A stretch of 64,000 bases of DNA from an uncultured Gemmatimonadaceae bacterium. GTDB taxonomy: Bacteria; Gemmatimonadota; Gemmatimonadetes; Gemmatimonadales; Gemmatimonadaceae. The stretch is from NCBI GenBank assembly GCA_963761305.1, contig CAVXGK010000002.1, positions 128,001 to 192,000 on the forward strand. Direction: 5' to 3'. Shown here piece after piece: positions 17,062-27,018 of the stretch. A program made the position numbers and the translations under genes. Numbering within the stretch: the stretch's first letter is position 1; each line of letters opens with the position of its first letter. The notes beneath the pieces are model-generated. The model ran no database searches, had not been told where the DNA came from, and was given only the letters and a program-made list of their open reading frames with translations.

Positions 17062-19749
17062 TCAGCGGTTCGCGACAGACCCGACTTCCGCCGCCCAGTT
17101 CAGGACGCTCACGAGTCGCCCCGGCGGCTGTTCGATTTGCAGCATGAGGAAACGCTGGTCGCCCGGCATCGGCTCGTACGCGTGGAAGCCGCCGTCGCGA
17201 AAATAGTCGTCCGCCTGGAACAGCCTGTCGAGCTTCACGACGGCGAAGGTCGGCAAGGTGGTCACCGTCGCAACAATGAACTCCGCGCGCGTGGTGACGA
17301 AAAACAGCTCCTTGCCGTCGTGCGACCACCGCGGCTCCAACCCGCCGTCGCGCGACACCTGCCACCGCGCGGACTCGAGATCGGGAAACGGACTGACGAA
17401 CACCTCCGGTCGTCCAGCGACGATTTTCATGTACGCCATGAAGTGACCGTCGGGCGACACCGCGAGACTGAGAGCCCCTCCCTGGCGCGACGCGAGAGCG
17501 TGCGCCGTCGTGTCCACGCCCTGGCGCAGCCCGAGAACCTCATTGGTCGTGTCGCTCGCGCCGGTGCGCATCGCGATCCATCCGTCGCGCGACGTCGCCG
17601 CCTCGACGACTTGGTGTGCGCCGACCGACACACGCCGTGCGTCGCCGGACCCGTCGGCACGCTTTTCCATCAAGCGAAAGCTCGAATCGACATGCTCCAC
17701 GAAGAAGAGCGATCGGCCGTCCGCGGACCACACGGGTCGAAAGTTGTCGCCTGCCTCGAGCGTGAACTTCGAGAACGAGCCGGCGGGCATCTCCTTCACC
17801 CAGATCTGCTCGTTCGACGGGGCGTTCACCGATACAGCGTAACGCTTGCCGTCGGGCGAGAGCGATCCCGTTCCGAGCGACCCCACCCAGGACGAGTCGA
17901 GCACGCTGGCGTTCCCCGATCGGTCGACCGACACCGGGCGGTACATCGCCTTGGCGTCGCCTTCGCGGTACATCATGTCTCCGGTTGGCGAGACCTCGAA
18001 GGCCGCCACGTGCTCGGCGACGATGCGGCCTTCGCCGCGCAGCGTCATGGAGCTCGCGTCGAACGGCGCAACCGTCAACTGTCCGCTCGCCGAAATCCAG
18101 GCGAGGTGGCCGCTCGGCAGGTAGACGGGGTTCAACCCGTCGTGAATGAGAAGTTTGGTACGCTTCGACACGAGGTCGAGCCCGTAGATCGCCGACGCCG
18201 GGCACCCCGCCGCGCAGGTTCCGACGAGCGCACTCTTTTCGCCAGGGAGCACTTCGATACGCTCGACGCCGTAGCCCGCGAACGGCGCCGACGTCACCAC
18301 GACGTCCGATGCGCCCCCATCAGCGGGAGCGGAGACGATTCGGAGTGTTCCGCCCCAGAGAATGCGCCCGTCGTGTAGCCAGACGGCTCGCCCGACGGCG
18401 CGCCCGCTGGCAGGCCCGCCCGCGGAAACCGTTGTCGCGGTGCCTCCCTCCGCGGCGATGCGCTGGAGCCCGCTCTCGGTGAAGAACCCGATGAACTTTC
18501 CGTCGGGCGACACGAACGGCGAATGCGCGTCCGTCGTGCCGCTGATCCGCGTCGCGTGCAGATCCGACCGGCGCTTGCGCCACAGTTGCGTCGTTCCTTT
18601 CGCTTCGCCGGGCCCGACGTACACCAAATCACCGTTCGGCGCGAAGGTGAAATCCCAAGTGCCGCCCGCCAGCTCTTCACTCGGCGGCTGCATGACGTAC
18701 GACCGCGCGACGACACTGTCGCCGGCGCCGCCGGGTCGTCCATGCCACGCGAACCAACCCGCAGCGACGCCGACGAGAACGCCCAGTGCCAGCCCGGCAA
18801 TGCCGATGGCACGTTGCCGCCCGCCGTTGGGAGCCGTTGCACGCACCCGCGCGGCCGTTGGACGCGCGACACTCGTCGACGAATCACCGAGTGCGTCGAT
18901 GAACGTCGTCATGTTGGCGAATCGATCAGCCGGAAGCTTTGAGAGCGCGACGAGTGTGGCGCTTTCGATGGACGCCGGAAGCATCGTGCGAATCGTCGAC
19001 GGCGGCTCCGGATCGGAGTTCAGGATCTTGGCGACGATCGCCTGGACCGTCGCCCCGGTGAACGGCGGCTCGCCGGTGAGCATTTCGTAGAGCACGGCGG
19101 CGAGTGCGTACTGATCCGTGCGTGCGTCGACCGACTTTTCGCCCATCGCTTGTTCCGGCGACATGTACTGCGGTGTGCCGAGGGACAAGCCCGTCTGCGT
19201 CATGCGCTGTCCGCCCGCCTGCTGCACGGCGAGCGCGATGCCGAAGTCCGCGACGAGCGCATGCCCGCCCTGGAGGAGAATGTTCTCCGGCTTGATGTCG
19301 CGATGCACGATCCCGTGCTCGTGGGCGTACGCGAGCGCGTCGCCGGCCTCGCGCGCAATGCGAAGTGCGTCGTCTATCGAGAGCTGCCGTTCGCGCGTGA
19401 GCCGGTCGCGCAGCGTCTCTCCTTCGACGAACGGCATGACGTAATACAGCAGTCCACGGCTCGAGCCATCCGGGTCCGTGCTGCCGGAGTCGAGCAACGG
19501 GAGGATGTGCGGATGTTGCAGCCGCGCGGTGGTCTTTATCTCGGCGAGGAATCGCTCTTGCCCGAGCGTGGCGCCGAGGTCTTCGTGGAGGACTTTGACG
19601 GCGACGTTCCGGTCGTGTCGCTCGTCGTGCGCGAGGTAGACGGTGGCCATGCCGCCCGCGCCGATCTTTCGGTCCACGCGATACCGGCCGGCGAGTGCGG
19701 CAGTGAGAGCGGCAAGCGCGGCGTCTTCAGCGCGGATAGGGGCTGTCAT
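17062..19749 (-). CDS. Hanks-type Ser/Thr protein kinase with TM segment and C-terminal TolB/PD40 beta-propeller
   Basis: IGAGGMATVY, VAVK, HRDIKPEN, DFG, GTPQYMSPEQ; TM IGIAGLALGVLVGVAAGWFAW; repeated SPDG/WS.DG motifs. Confidence 0.95.
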   Translation of the reverse strand: MTAPIRAEDAALAALTAALAGRYRVDRKIGAGGMATVYLAHDERHDRNVAVKVLHEDLGATLGQERFLAEIKTTARLQHPHILPLLDSGSTDPDGSSRGLLYYVMPFVEGETLRDRLTRERQLSIDDALRIAREAGDALAYAHEHGIVHRDIKPENILLQGGHALVADFGIALAVQQAGGQRMTQTGLSLGTPQYMSPEQAMGEKSVDARTDQYALAAVLYEMLTGEPPFTGATVQAIVAKILNSDPEPPSTIRTMLPASIESATLVALSKLPADRFANMTTFIDALGDSSTSVARPTAARVRATAPNGGRQRAIGIAGLALGVLVGVAAGWFAWHGRPGGAGDSVVARSYVMQPPSEELAGGTWDFTFAPNGDLVYVGPGEAKGTTQLWRKRRSDLHATRISGTTDAHSPFVSPDGKFIGFFTESGLQRIAAEGGTATTVSAGGPASGRAVGRAVWLHDGRILWGGTLRIVSAPADGGASDVVVTSAPFAGYGVERIEVLPGEKSALVGTCAAGCPASAIYGLDLVSKRTKLLIHDGLNPVYLPSGHLAWISASGQLTVAPFDASSMTLRGEGRIVAEHVAAFEVSPTGDMMYREGDAKAMYRPVSVDRSGNASVLDSSWVGSLGTGSLSPDGKRYAVSVNAPSNEQIWVKEMPAGSFSKFTLEAGDNFRPVWSADGRSLFFVEHVDSSFRLMEKRADGSGDARRVSVGAHQVVEAATSRDGWIAMRTGASDTTNEVLGLRQGVDTTAHALASRQGGALSLAVSPDGHFMAYMKIVAGRPEVFVSPFPDLESARWQVSRDGGLEPRWSHDGKELFFVTTRAEFIVATVTTLPTFAVVKLDRLFQADDYFRDGGFHAYEPMPGDQRFLMLQIEQPPGRLVSVLNWAAEVGSVANR

Positions 19750-20062
19750 CGCGTGGCGTATTGTACCGCGATTCGGCGCGGCGGCCAGTCTTGCGGAGAG
19801 GGGCTCGAGGCGGAGCGTATCGCGTCCCGGGGCGCGGGGTGTGGCAGGCGCGAGCTCGGCGCGAGCTGTCGAACCGGACGCTGAACGGGACGGAAGGGAG
19901 TCTTCAGTCCCGGCGATGGTCGATATGGCAGACGTCAGTCGAGCCGAAGGCGATTCGAGGCGGGACGCAGGGACCGAACCTTCGTCTGAGGCGCCCTACG
20001 TGTCGTCGCGTCGCAACTCAGTGTGTTCCGTCGCCACGTGCGCGTCGGCTGGAGCAAAGCAG

Positions 20063-20230
20063 ATGCGGTCCGGAGGCGATTTCATGAGGTCCAGACGCGA
20101 CTTCATCCGGTCCGGACGCGATTTCATGAGATCCAGACGCGACGTCATTCGGTCCGGACGCGATTTCATATGGTCCGGATGCGACTTCAGCCAGTCCGCG
20201 GCCTTCGTGACACGGTCCGGCGGAGGCTGA
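20063..20230. repeat. 21-bp tandem array A (ATNNGGTCCRGACGCGAYTTC), 6 good plus 2 degenerate units
   Basis: Units start at 20063, 20084, 20105, 20126, 20147 and 20168; degenerate units at 20189 and 20210. Units 2/4 and 3/5 alternate (42-bp higher order). Confidence 0.9.
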
Positions 20231-20270
20231 ACGCGGGATCGCGCGAGGCGATCGCGGAATCGTGCAAACG

Positions 20271-20417
20271 GACTCTCGGCAGACGCAGACAGACTCTCGG
20301 ACGACGGCGGGTGAATCTCGGGCGGAGGCGGATGAATCTCGGGAGGAGGCGAGCGAATCTCGTACGCGGCCGAGTGAATCTCGAACGGGGCCGAGTGAAT
20401 CTCGGATGCAGAGTCGG
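20271..20417. repeat. 21-bp-period array B: constant GAATCTCG-type core plus ~13-nt variable segment, 7 units
   Basis: Core GACTCTCG at 20271 and 20292; GAATCTCG at 20313, 20334, 20355, 20376 and 20397. Confidence 0.9.
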
Positions 20418-20600
20418 TCATCCGCGACGCTTGACACGAAGAGTCGATCGCACGCGAGTTTCTCTCGGCTGCGCCAGAGTTGAATCGCGCTGAGCGCGCC
20501 TTCATGGCCGCTGGGAGCGACTTCAGGTGGATCCCTCCCGGATGAATGGCCACCCGAGCCAACGCGTTCAGGGATCGCCGCATCGCAGCCTCGTACCTCG

Positions 20601-20800
20601 CGCCTCCTACTTATTAAGTGGGAGCCGACCGCGATTTACTACCAAATGTCCTCTTTCGGCGACGCAACCTTTGCGAGCGCATGACGCTCGCATGACGATC
20701 GGCGGCCATTTTGCCGCGTAAATGAGCGTTTTCACTCGCTGCAACATTCTGTTGCGGTAGTAAAATCGCGCCGGCCCCCACTTCTATTAGTAGGGGGGCG
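20601..20800. mobile_element. MITE-like or structured-RNA element with ~43-bp imperfect terminal inverted repeats
   Basis: 20601-20643 CGCCTCCTACTTATTAAGTGGGAGCCGACCGCGATTTACTACC pairs with 20756-20800 GGTAGTAAAATCGCGCCGGCCCCCACTTCTATTAGTAGGGGGGCG. Internal hairpins are present and the element is AT-richer than its flanks. Confidence 0.55.
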
Positions 20801-21515
20801 AAGTCCGCGTTGGCCCGGCGCCGACAAAATGCGCGATCCAGGCGCCGATGACGTCGGAATCCACAGGCTCGTCGACTCTCGCCAGCGCGTCCTCGGCCGC
20901 CCGCTCACCGATCCGCGCGCGCCGATCCTCGATCAGCGCGCGAGCGTACGCCGCCGGGAACTCAGGATGCGCCTCGATCCCGAGGAGACGCGTGCCATGC
21001 TGGAACATCGCCACCGGACAATGCGGCGCGTCGGCGAGCAGCGTCGCTCCGTTCGGCGGCGCCGTGACCTGATCGGCGTGCATGTATTGCAGGCGCACCG
21101 CGGAGCGCGCGGGCGCCATCCAATCCTCTTTGTGTAGGATGGTCATGGGCAGCACGCCCACGCCCCACCCGCCGGCCGCTCGCTTCACCTCGGCGCCGAG
21201 CGTTCGCGCGAGGAGTTGATGCCCGAAGCAGATGCCGACGAAGGGACGATCGGAGTCGGCGACTTTCGCGATGAACTCCTCCACCGAGCGGATCCAGGCC
21301 GCGTCATCATATGCGGACGCGCGCGATCCGGTGGTGATCCACGCGTCGCACACTCGCGCATCCGCGGGCACCTGTCTCGCTTGCAGGTCGAAACGGGTGA
21401 CGCGCAAATCCGGAATGTGCGGCGACAGCAACCGCTCGAACATCTGCTGATATCCGCCCGCGACATGGCGAAAACGCTCGGCGACTTCGTCGCAGGCGAG
21501 CAGGCCGATGTGCAC
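20787..21515 (-). CDS. Type 1 glutamine amidotransferase-like (putative gamma-glutamyl amide hydrolase)
   Basis: ITTGS, nucleophile GICFGHQ and HPE of the catalytic triad. Last gene of the GS-SDR-ALDH operon. Confidence 0.88.
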   Translation of the reverse strand: MHIGLLACDEVAERFRHVAGGYQQMFERLLSPHIPDLRVTRFDLQARQVPADARVCDAWITTGSRASAYDDAAWIRSVEEFIAKVADSDRPFVGICFGHQLLARTLGAEVKRAAGGWGVGVLPMTILHKEDWMAPARSAVRLQYMHADQVTAPPNGATLLADAPHCPVAMFQHGTRLLGIEAHPEFPAAYARALIEDRRARIGERAAEDALARVDEPVDSDVIGAWIAHFVGAGPTRTSPPY

Positions 21516-21539
21516 TCGGTGTTGCCTCTCTCTCGAGGC

Positions 21540-22949
21540 TTAGGTGATGAGTCGCAGATGGAACGACTTCGGTCGCGTGAACGTCTCGACGCCGAGTCGC
21601 GAGAGTGTACATCCTCGGCCCGAATCCTTCACACCCGTCCACGCCAGCGCCGGGTCCAGGTAGTCGCACCGATTCATGTACCACGTTCCCGTTTCGATGT
21701 GATCGCCGATGTAAAGAGCGGCCTCGGCGTCCGTGGTCCACACGGAGGACGTGAGACCGTAGCGGCTGTCGTTGATGAGGCGGACCGCTTCCTCGTCTCC
21801 GTCGACAGGCATGACGGCCATCACGGGCCCGAACGTCTCTTCGCGCATCACGCGCATGTCGTGGCTGACGTTCGTGAGAATGACCGGAGCCATGTAGGCC
21901 GTGCCCGGTTGCTCCGCCGCGAAGCGAGCGCGATCGATCGGCGCTTTGGCGCCCGACCGGATCGCGTCGTCGACTTGACCGCGCACGGACTCGGCGGCAT
22001 CGCTCCTCACCATCGGTCCGATGGTGGTTTTCGGATCGCGCGGATCGCCGAGTACGTAGGTATTCGTCAACGCGACGGCCGCGTCGACGAAACGATCATG
22101 GATTGTTCGATCGACGTAGACTCGCTGCACAGAGCAACACGACTGCCCCGCGTTGAAGAACGCGCCGTCGACGATGTTGTCGACCGCATGGTCGAACGCG
22201 ACATCGGCGCGCACGTAGGCCGCGTCCTTGCCGCCCAGCTCGAGTCCCGCACCGATGAAACGATCGGCGGCCGCGCGCTGCACCGCGTGACCGCCACCCA
22301 CCGAGCCCGTGAAGGCGACGAACGCGACTCGCTCGTCGCCGACCATTCGTGCGACCTGATCGTGCTCGACATGCAAATACTGAAACACACCGTCGGGCAA
22401 CCCCGCCGCGGCGAACGCTTCCGCATACCGCTCGGCCACGAGCGGCGTCTGTTGCGCCATCTTCAGAATGACGGCATTGCCGGCCAGCAGCGCGGGGACG
22501 ATCGCGTTCACCGACGTGAGCCAGGGATAATTCCACGGCGCCAGCACGAGCACGATGCCGAGCGGCGCGCGTCGAATGAATTTATGGAAGTTGTGAGTGT
22601 GCTCGACCTCAATGTCGGCGAGCGCGGAGGCGGCGATGCCCGCCATGTAGCGGGCACGCTCCTGAAACCCGCGCGTGATCTCGAACGGAGTGTGCGCGAT
22701 CGGGCGTCCCATCTGCGACGTGAGCTCCGCCCCCAGCTCGTCCGCGCGCGCGACGCACCAGTCGACCGCGCGGGTGCAGACGGCCGCGCGCTCTGCGACG
22801 GGGACGTGTGCCCAGCGCCGCTGCGCATCCGCGGCACGCGCGAGTGTCGCGTCAATCTCGGCATCGGATGCGATCGGACGCTCGACGATGACGGACCCAT
22901 CGATCGGCGTGATCGTTCGCAGCACGCGGTCCGTCGCAGTGGCGCTCAT
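21540..22949 (-). CDS. Aldehyde dehydrogenase
   Basis: From ATG 22949, which overlaps the SDR stop (ATGA): APWNYP, FTGSVGGG, LELGGKD, FFNAGQSCC, EETFGPV, NDSRYGL. Confidence 0.95.
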   Translation of the reverse strand: MSATATDRVLRTITPIDGSVIVERPIASDAEIDATLARAADAQRRWAHVPVAERAAVCTRAVDWCVARADELGAELTSQMGRPIAHTPFEITRGFQERARYMAGIAASALADIEVEHTHNFHKFIRRAPLGIVLVLAPWNYPWLTSVNAIVPALLAGNAVILKMAQQTPLVAERYAEAFAAAGLPDGVFQYLHVEHDQVARMVGDERVAFVAFTGSVGGGHAVQRAAADRFIGAGLELGGKDAAYVRADVAFDHAVDNIVDGAFFNAGQSCCSVQRVYVDRTIHDRFVDAAVALTNTYVLGDPRDPKTTIGPMVRSDAAESVRGQVDDAIRSGAKAPIDRARFAAEQPGTAYMAPVILTNVSHDMRVMREETFGPVMAVMPVDGDEEAVRLINDSRYGLTSSVWTTDAEAALYIGDHIETGTWYMNRCDYLDPALAWTGVKDSGRGCTLSRLGVETFTRPKSFHLRLIT

Positions 22950-23719
22950 TCCGGTGTCACATACGCGGCGGTGATGCCTCCGTCCACGAGCAACTCCGCG
23001 CCGGTCACGAAGGACGAATCGTCGGAGGCGAGAAAGAGCGCCGCTTTCGCGATCTCCGACGCCTCGCCGAATCGCCCCATCGGGATGTGGACGAGGCGTC
23101 GGTTTCGTTTGGCGTCGGTATCGAGAAAGCTCATGAGGAGCGGCGTCTTGAGCGGGCCCGGGCAGAGCGCGTTCACACGGATGTTCTCGCGCGCGTGAAT
23201 GACGGCCAGCTCGCGCGTCATCGAGAGCACCGCGCCCTTGCTCGCGGTATACGCGATCTGCGGCGTTGCGGCGCCGAGCTTGGCGACGAACGACGCGGTG
23301 TTGATGATCGATCCGCCGCCGGATCGCCGCAGGGCAGGGATGCCGAACTTGCAGCCGAGGAACACGCCGCGGGCGTTGATCGCCATCGTCAGGTCCCACG
23401 TGTCCTGACTCGTCGCGATCGCGTCGTCGTCCGACGAATGCATGATGCCGGCGTTGTTGAACAGCACGTCCAACCGGCCGAATGCCTGTTCGGCGTGCGC
23501 GACCATCGCCTCGCCGTCCTTCGCCGAGGAGACGTCGGCGTGGACATAGGACGCGCGGCCGCCATCTGCCGTGATCTGATCGACCGTCTGCCGGCCGGCG
23601 TCATCGACGACGTCGACGACGACGACCGCCGCGCCCTCACGCGCGAACAGCAGCGATGTCTCGCGTCCGATACCGCTGCCGCCGCCGGTGATCAGGGCGA
23701 CCTTGTTTGGCAGTCTCAT
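22946..23719 (-). CDS. Short-chain dehydrogenase/reductase (SDR)
   Basis: TGGGSGIG, NNAG, YTASK, VNALCPG. Confidence 0.95.
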   Translation of the reverse strand: MRLPNKVALITGGGSGIGRETSLLFAREGAAVVVVDVVDDAGRQTVDQITADGGRASYVHADVSSAKDGEAMVAHAEQAFGRLDVLFNNAGIMHSSDDDAIATSQDTWDLTMAINARGVFLGCKFGIPALRRSGGGSIINTASFVAKLGAATPQIAYTASKGAVLSMTRELAVIHARENIRVNALCPGPLKTPLLMSFLDTDAKRNRRLVHIPMGRFGEASEIAKAALFLASDDSSFVTGAELLVDGGITAAYVTPE

Positions 23720-23736
23720 TGAGTCAGTGGCTGTTT

Positions 23737-23773
23737 TTGACGCGGAGTCGCAGAGTGACGCGGAGCCGCGGAG
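23737..23773 (+). repeat. CGCRGAG repeat arm upstream of the GxxExxY remnant
   Basis: TTGACGCGGAGTCGCAGAGTGACGCGGAGCCGCGGAG. Its inverted partner CCGCGTCTCTGCGCCAAG lies at 24087-24104. Confidence 0.8.
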
Positions 23774-23829
23774 ACGGACCGGCGCTGGCGATGACGTCCG
23801 GCTGACGTGATAGGCGGATATTTGGCGGC

Positions 23830-24077
23830 ATGCAGATCAATGACGTAAGTGGCCAGGTCGTCGACGCCGCCATAAAGGTTCATTCGGTGCTGGGTCCCGG
23901 ACTGCTCGAGGCGGCATACCAGGTGTGCCTTGCGCACGAACTGCGGAAGCGAGGACTCGCCGTTCGTCGCGAGGTTCGGCTGCCGGTGCGTTTCGAGGTA
24001 TCGCGTAGGGATGTTGATCAATTTCAACGTAGCCCCGCCTCAAAGACGGAATCGTGCGAAAGGTACATCATCTGTAG
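23830..24077 (+). pseudogene. GxxExxY (PD-(D/E)XK-like) protein, internally deleted and frameshifted
   Basis: MQINDVSGQVVDAAIKVHSVLGPGLLEAAYQVCLAHELRKRGLAVRREVRLPVRF (GLLEAAY = GxxExxY) jumps straight to the C-terminal motif YRVGMLINFNVA in another frame, then LKDGIVRKVHHL* in a third. The central D..E.K core is absent. Confidence 0.88.
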
Positions 24078-24156
24078 CGACGTCCCCCGCGTCTCTGCGC
24101 CAAGAATGTCACAAAGCTCTGTAAGGCTGAAAACAAAACAGGCTGAAGACAAACAG

Positions 24157-24276
24157 CTTGACGCAGAGGCGCTGAGGGAACTGAGAGACGCGGAGGACTT
24201 GGCCTAAGTCTTTGATGACAATGTTGCTCATTGGATCTCTCCGCGCCTCTGCGGTCCTCCGCGGCTCTGCGTCAAG
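24157..24276. repeat. REPIN-like inverted doublet of CGCRGAG repeats
   Basis: CTTGACGCAGAGGCGCTGAGGGAACTGAGAGACGCGGAGG (24157-24196) versus the reverse complement of 24237-24276, CTTGACGCAGAGCCGCGGAGGACCGCAGAGGCGCGGAGAG. Confidence 0.85.
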
Positions 24277-24312
24277 TCTTGTTGGCCCTGCCAGAATGTC
24301 GACGCCTCTGAC

Positions 24313-25704
24313 TCAGATTCTTTCGAAGTAACGTTGAATCTCCCAGTCGGTGACGGCCATGTCGTAGGCGCGCTGTTCCGACCGGTAGAAATGGAGGTAG
24401 TGTTCGACGACGTCATCGCCGAACGCACGCTTCGCGAAGTCGCTCTGGCCGAAGCGCTCGGTTGCTTCGCCGAGCGTGTGCGGCACGCGGGGCAAATCCT
24501 GGGCGGCGTAGATGTCGCCGCTGAAATGGTCTGGCGGCTCGGTGTGATTGGCGATGCCGTCGAGGCCCGACGCCAACGACGCCGCGAACGCCAGATACGG
24601 ATTACAGTCGGCGCCGGGGAGGCGACACTCGATGCGCAGCCCCTCGCCGTCGCCGACGACTCGAAAGCCGGCGGTGCGGTTGTCGCGACTCCAGGCGAGA
24701 CGCGTCGGCGCCCAGGACGCGTCGACGTACCGCTTGTACGAGTTGACCGTCGGCGCGTAGAACACCATCACGTCCGGCACGCGGGCGATCCATCCGCCGA
24801 GGAACCAGCGAAACTCGTCGGAGCAATGGAGCGGGCCGAAGGGCGTGTTGCCGACGAACGCGTTGCGTCCGTCGCGCCACAGGCTGAAGTGAATGTGACA
24901 TCCGGAGCCGGCCTGGTTGGATCCGATCTTGGCCATGAACGTGACCGCAAGCCCCATGGAGTCGGCCAACTCTTTCATGCATTGCTTGAAGACGACGTGC
25001 CGGTCGGCCATCGTGAGCGTGTCGGCGTACCGGACGTTTACCTCGTGCTGCCCGCGGCCCCATTCGCCCTTGGAGTTCTCGACGGGCACGCCGGAGTCTT
25101 TGAGGTGCCGCCGCACGGCGCCGTGAAAGTCCTCGGTGCGCGCACCCTGCATCAGGTGATAATCCTCGAGGTACTGTCCGGCCGGCGTCAGGTCACGAAG
25201 CCCCCCACTGGAAACGGCAGCGTAGCTCGTGCGGAAGAGATAGTGCTCCAGCTCCGACGCGGCGAACGTGTCGAAGCCCAGCGCCCGCGCGGCGTCTGTT
25301 TGCGTTCGCAGAATCGATCGCGGCGCAACGCCGACGGGTGCGTGCGTCTTCACATCGTGCACGTCGCACAGGACGAGCGCCGAGCGTTGGAGCCAGGTGG
25401 CGGAACGGAGCGTCGTCAGGTCCGGCATGAGATGAAAGTCGCCGTACCCGAGTTCCCAGCTTGCGAAGCGATATCCGCGAACCGGCTCCATCTCCATGTC
25501 GGTCGTCAGGAGATAGTTGCATCCGTGCGCGCCGTCCTCGGCGATGCTCTCGACGAACATCTCGGCGTCGTACCGCTTGCCCATCAGGCGACCGTAGTGA
25601 TCGGTGAAGCCGACGACGACGGTGTCGATCGCCCCGGTGCGTATCCGAGTCCGTAGCTCCTCGAGCGTCAACATGCCGCGAATGTTCTCGCGCGCGTCGG
25701 TCAT
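24313..25704 (-). CDS. Glutamine synthetase family protein (gamma-glutamyl-amine ligase, PuuA/GlnA4-like)
   Basis: FTDHYGRLMGKR, ASELEHY, GEWGRGQHEVN, TFMAK..AGSGCHIHFSL, PTVNSYKR, DNRTAGFR, RIECRLPGADCNPY. Clustered with SDR, ALDH and GATase. Confidence 0.92.
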   Translation of the reverse strand: MTDARENIRGMLTLEELRTRIRTGAIDTVVVGFTDHYGRLMGKRYDAEMFVESIAEDGAHGCNYLLTTDMEMEPVRGYRFASWELGYGDFHLMPDLTTLRSATWLQRSALVLCDVHDVKTHAPVGVAPRSILRTQTDAARALGFDTFAASELEHYLFRTSYAAVSSGGLRDLTPAGQYLEDYHLMQGARTEDFHGAVRRHLKDSGVPVENSKGEWGRGQHEVNVRYADTLTMADRHVVFKQCMKELADSMGLAVTFMAKIGSNQAGSGCHIHFSLWRDGRNAFVGNTPFGPLHCSDEFRWFLGGWIARVPDVMVFYAPTVNSYKRYVDASWAPTRLAWSRDNRTAGFRVVGDGEGLRIECRLPGADCNPYLAFAASLASGLDGIANHTEPPDHFSGDIYAAQDLPRVPHTLGEATERFGQSDFAKRAFGDDVVEHYLHFYRSEQRAYDMAVTDWEIQRYFERI

Positions 25705-25903
25705 GTGCGAAACTCGCTCCGGTTGCGTGCCTTCCCGCCCCGCGGAAGCGGACGCAAGTACAGGGCCGGGAGAACGTATAGTCTAGTCGCGTCCTTCAAG
25801 ACCCGGGATTAGCCGGCCGTTCGTTCCGTCCTCCATCGACTCGACCGTGGCATCTTCAAGGGTCGGAGCCGCACCAACTACTATCACGCAACACGAGCCA
25901 CCC

Positions 25904-26908
<1,005 letters not shown>

Positions 26909-27018
26909 TGGGCGGCAGGGTCCGGGCGATCCTCGCCGGCACCGGCGATTTCGTTGTCACTTGATTGTTTCTCGGGCGTGGGTTGCCGGGCGCGCGGCCC
27001 GCGCTCATCATGTTGGCC

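Noticed and set aside
20063..20417. CRISPR array interpretation of the 21-bp arrays
   Set aside because: The period (21 bp) is far below repeat-plus-spacer size, the variable parts are related to each other, and there are no cas genes in the window.
23716..24027. 103-aa minus-strand ORF overlapping the SDR start
   Set aside because: It is antisense to the recognisable GxxExxY remnant and has no independent support.
24313..25704. Calling this gene glnA
   Set aside because: Operon context (SDR, ALDH, GATase) and the divergent N-terminus fit gamma-glutamyl-amine ligases, so no symbol was assigned.
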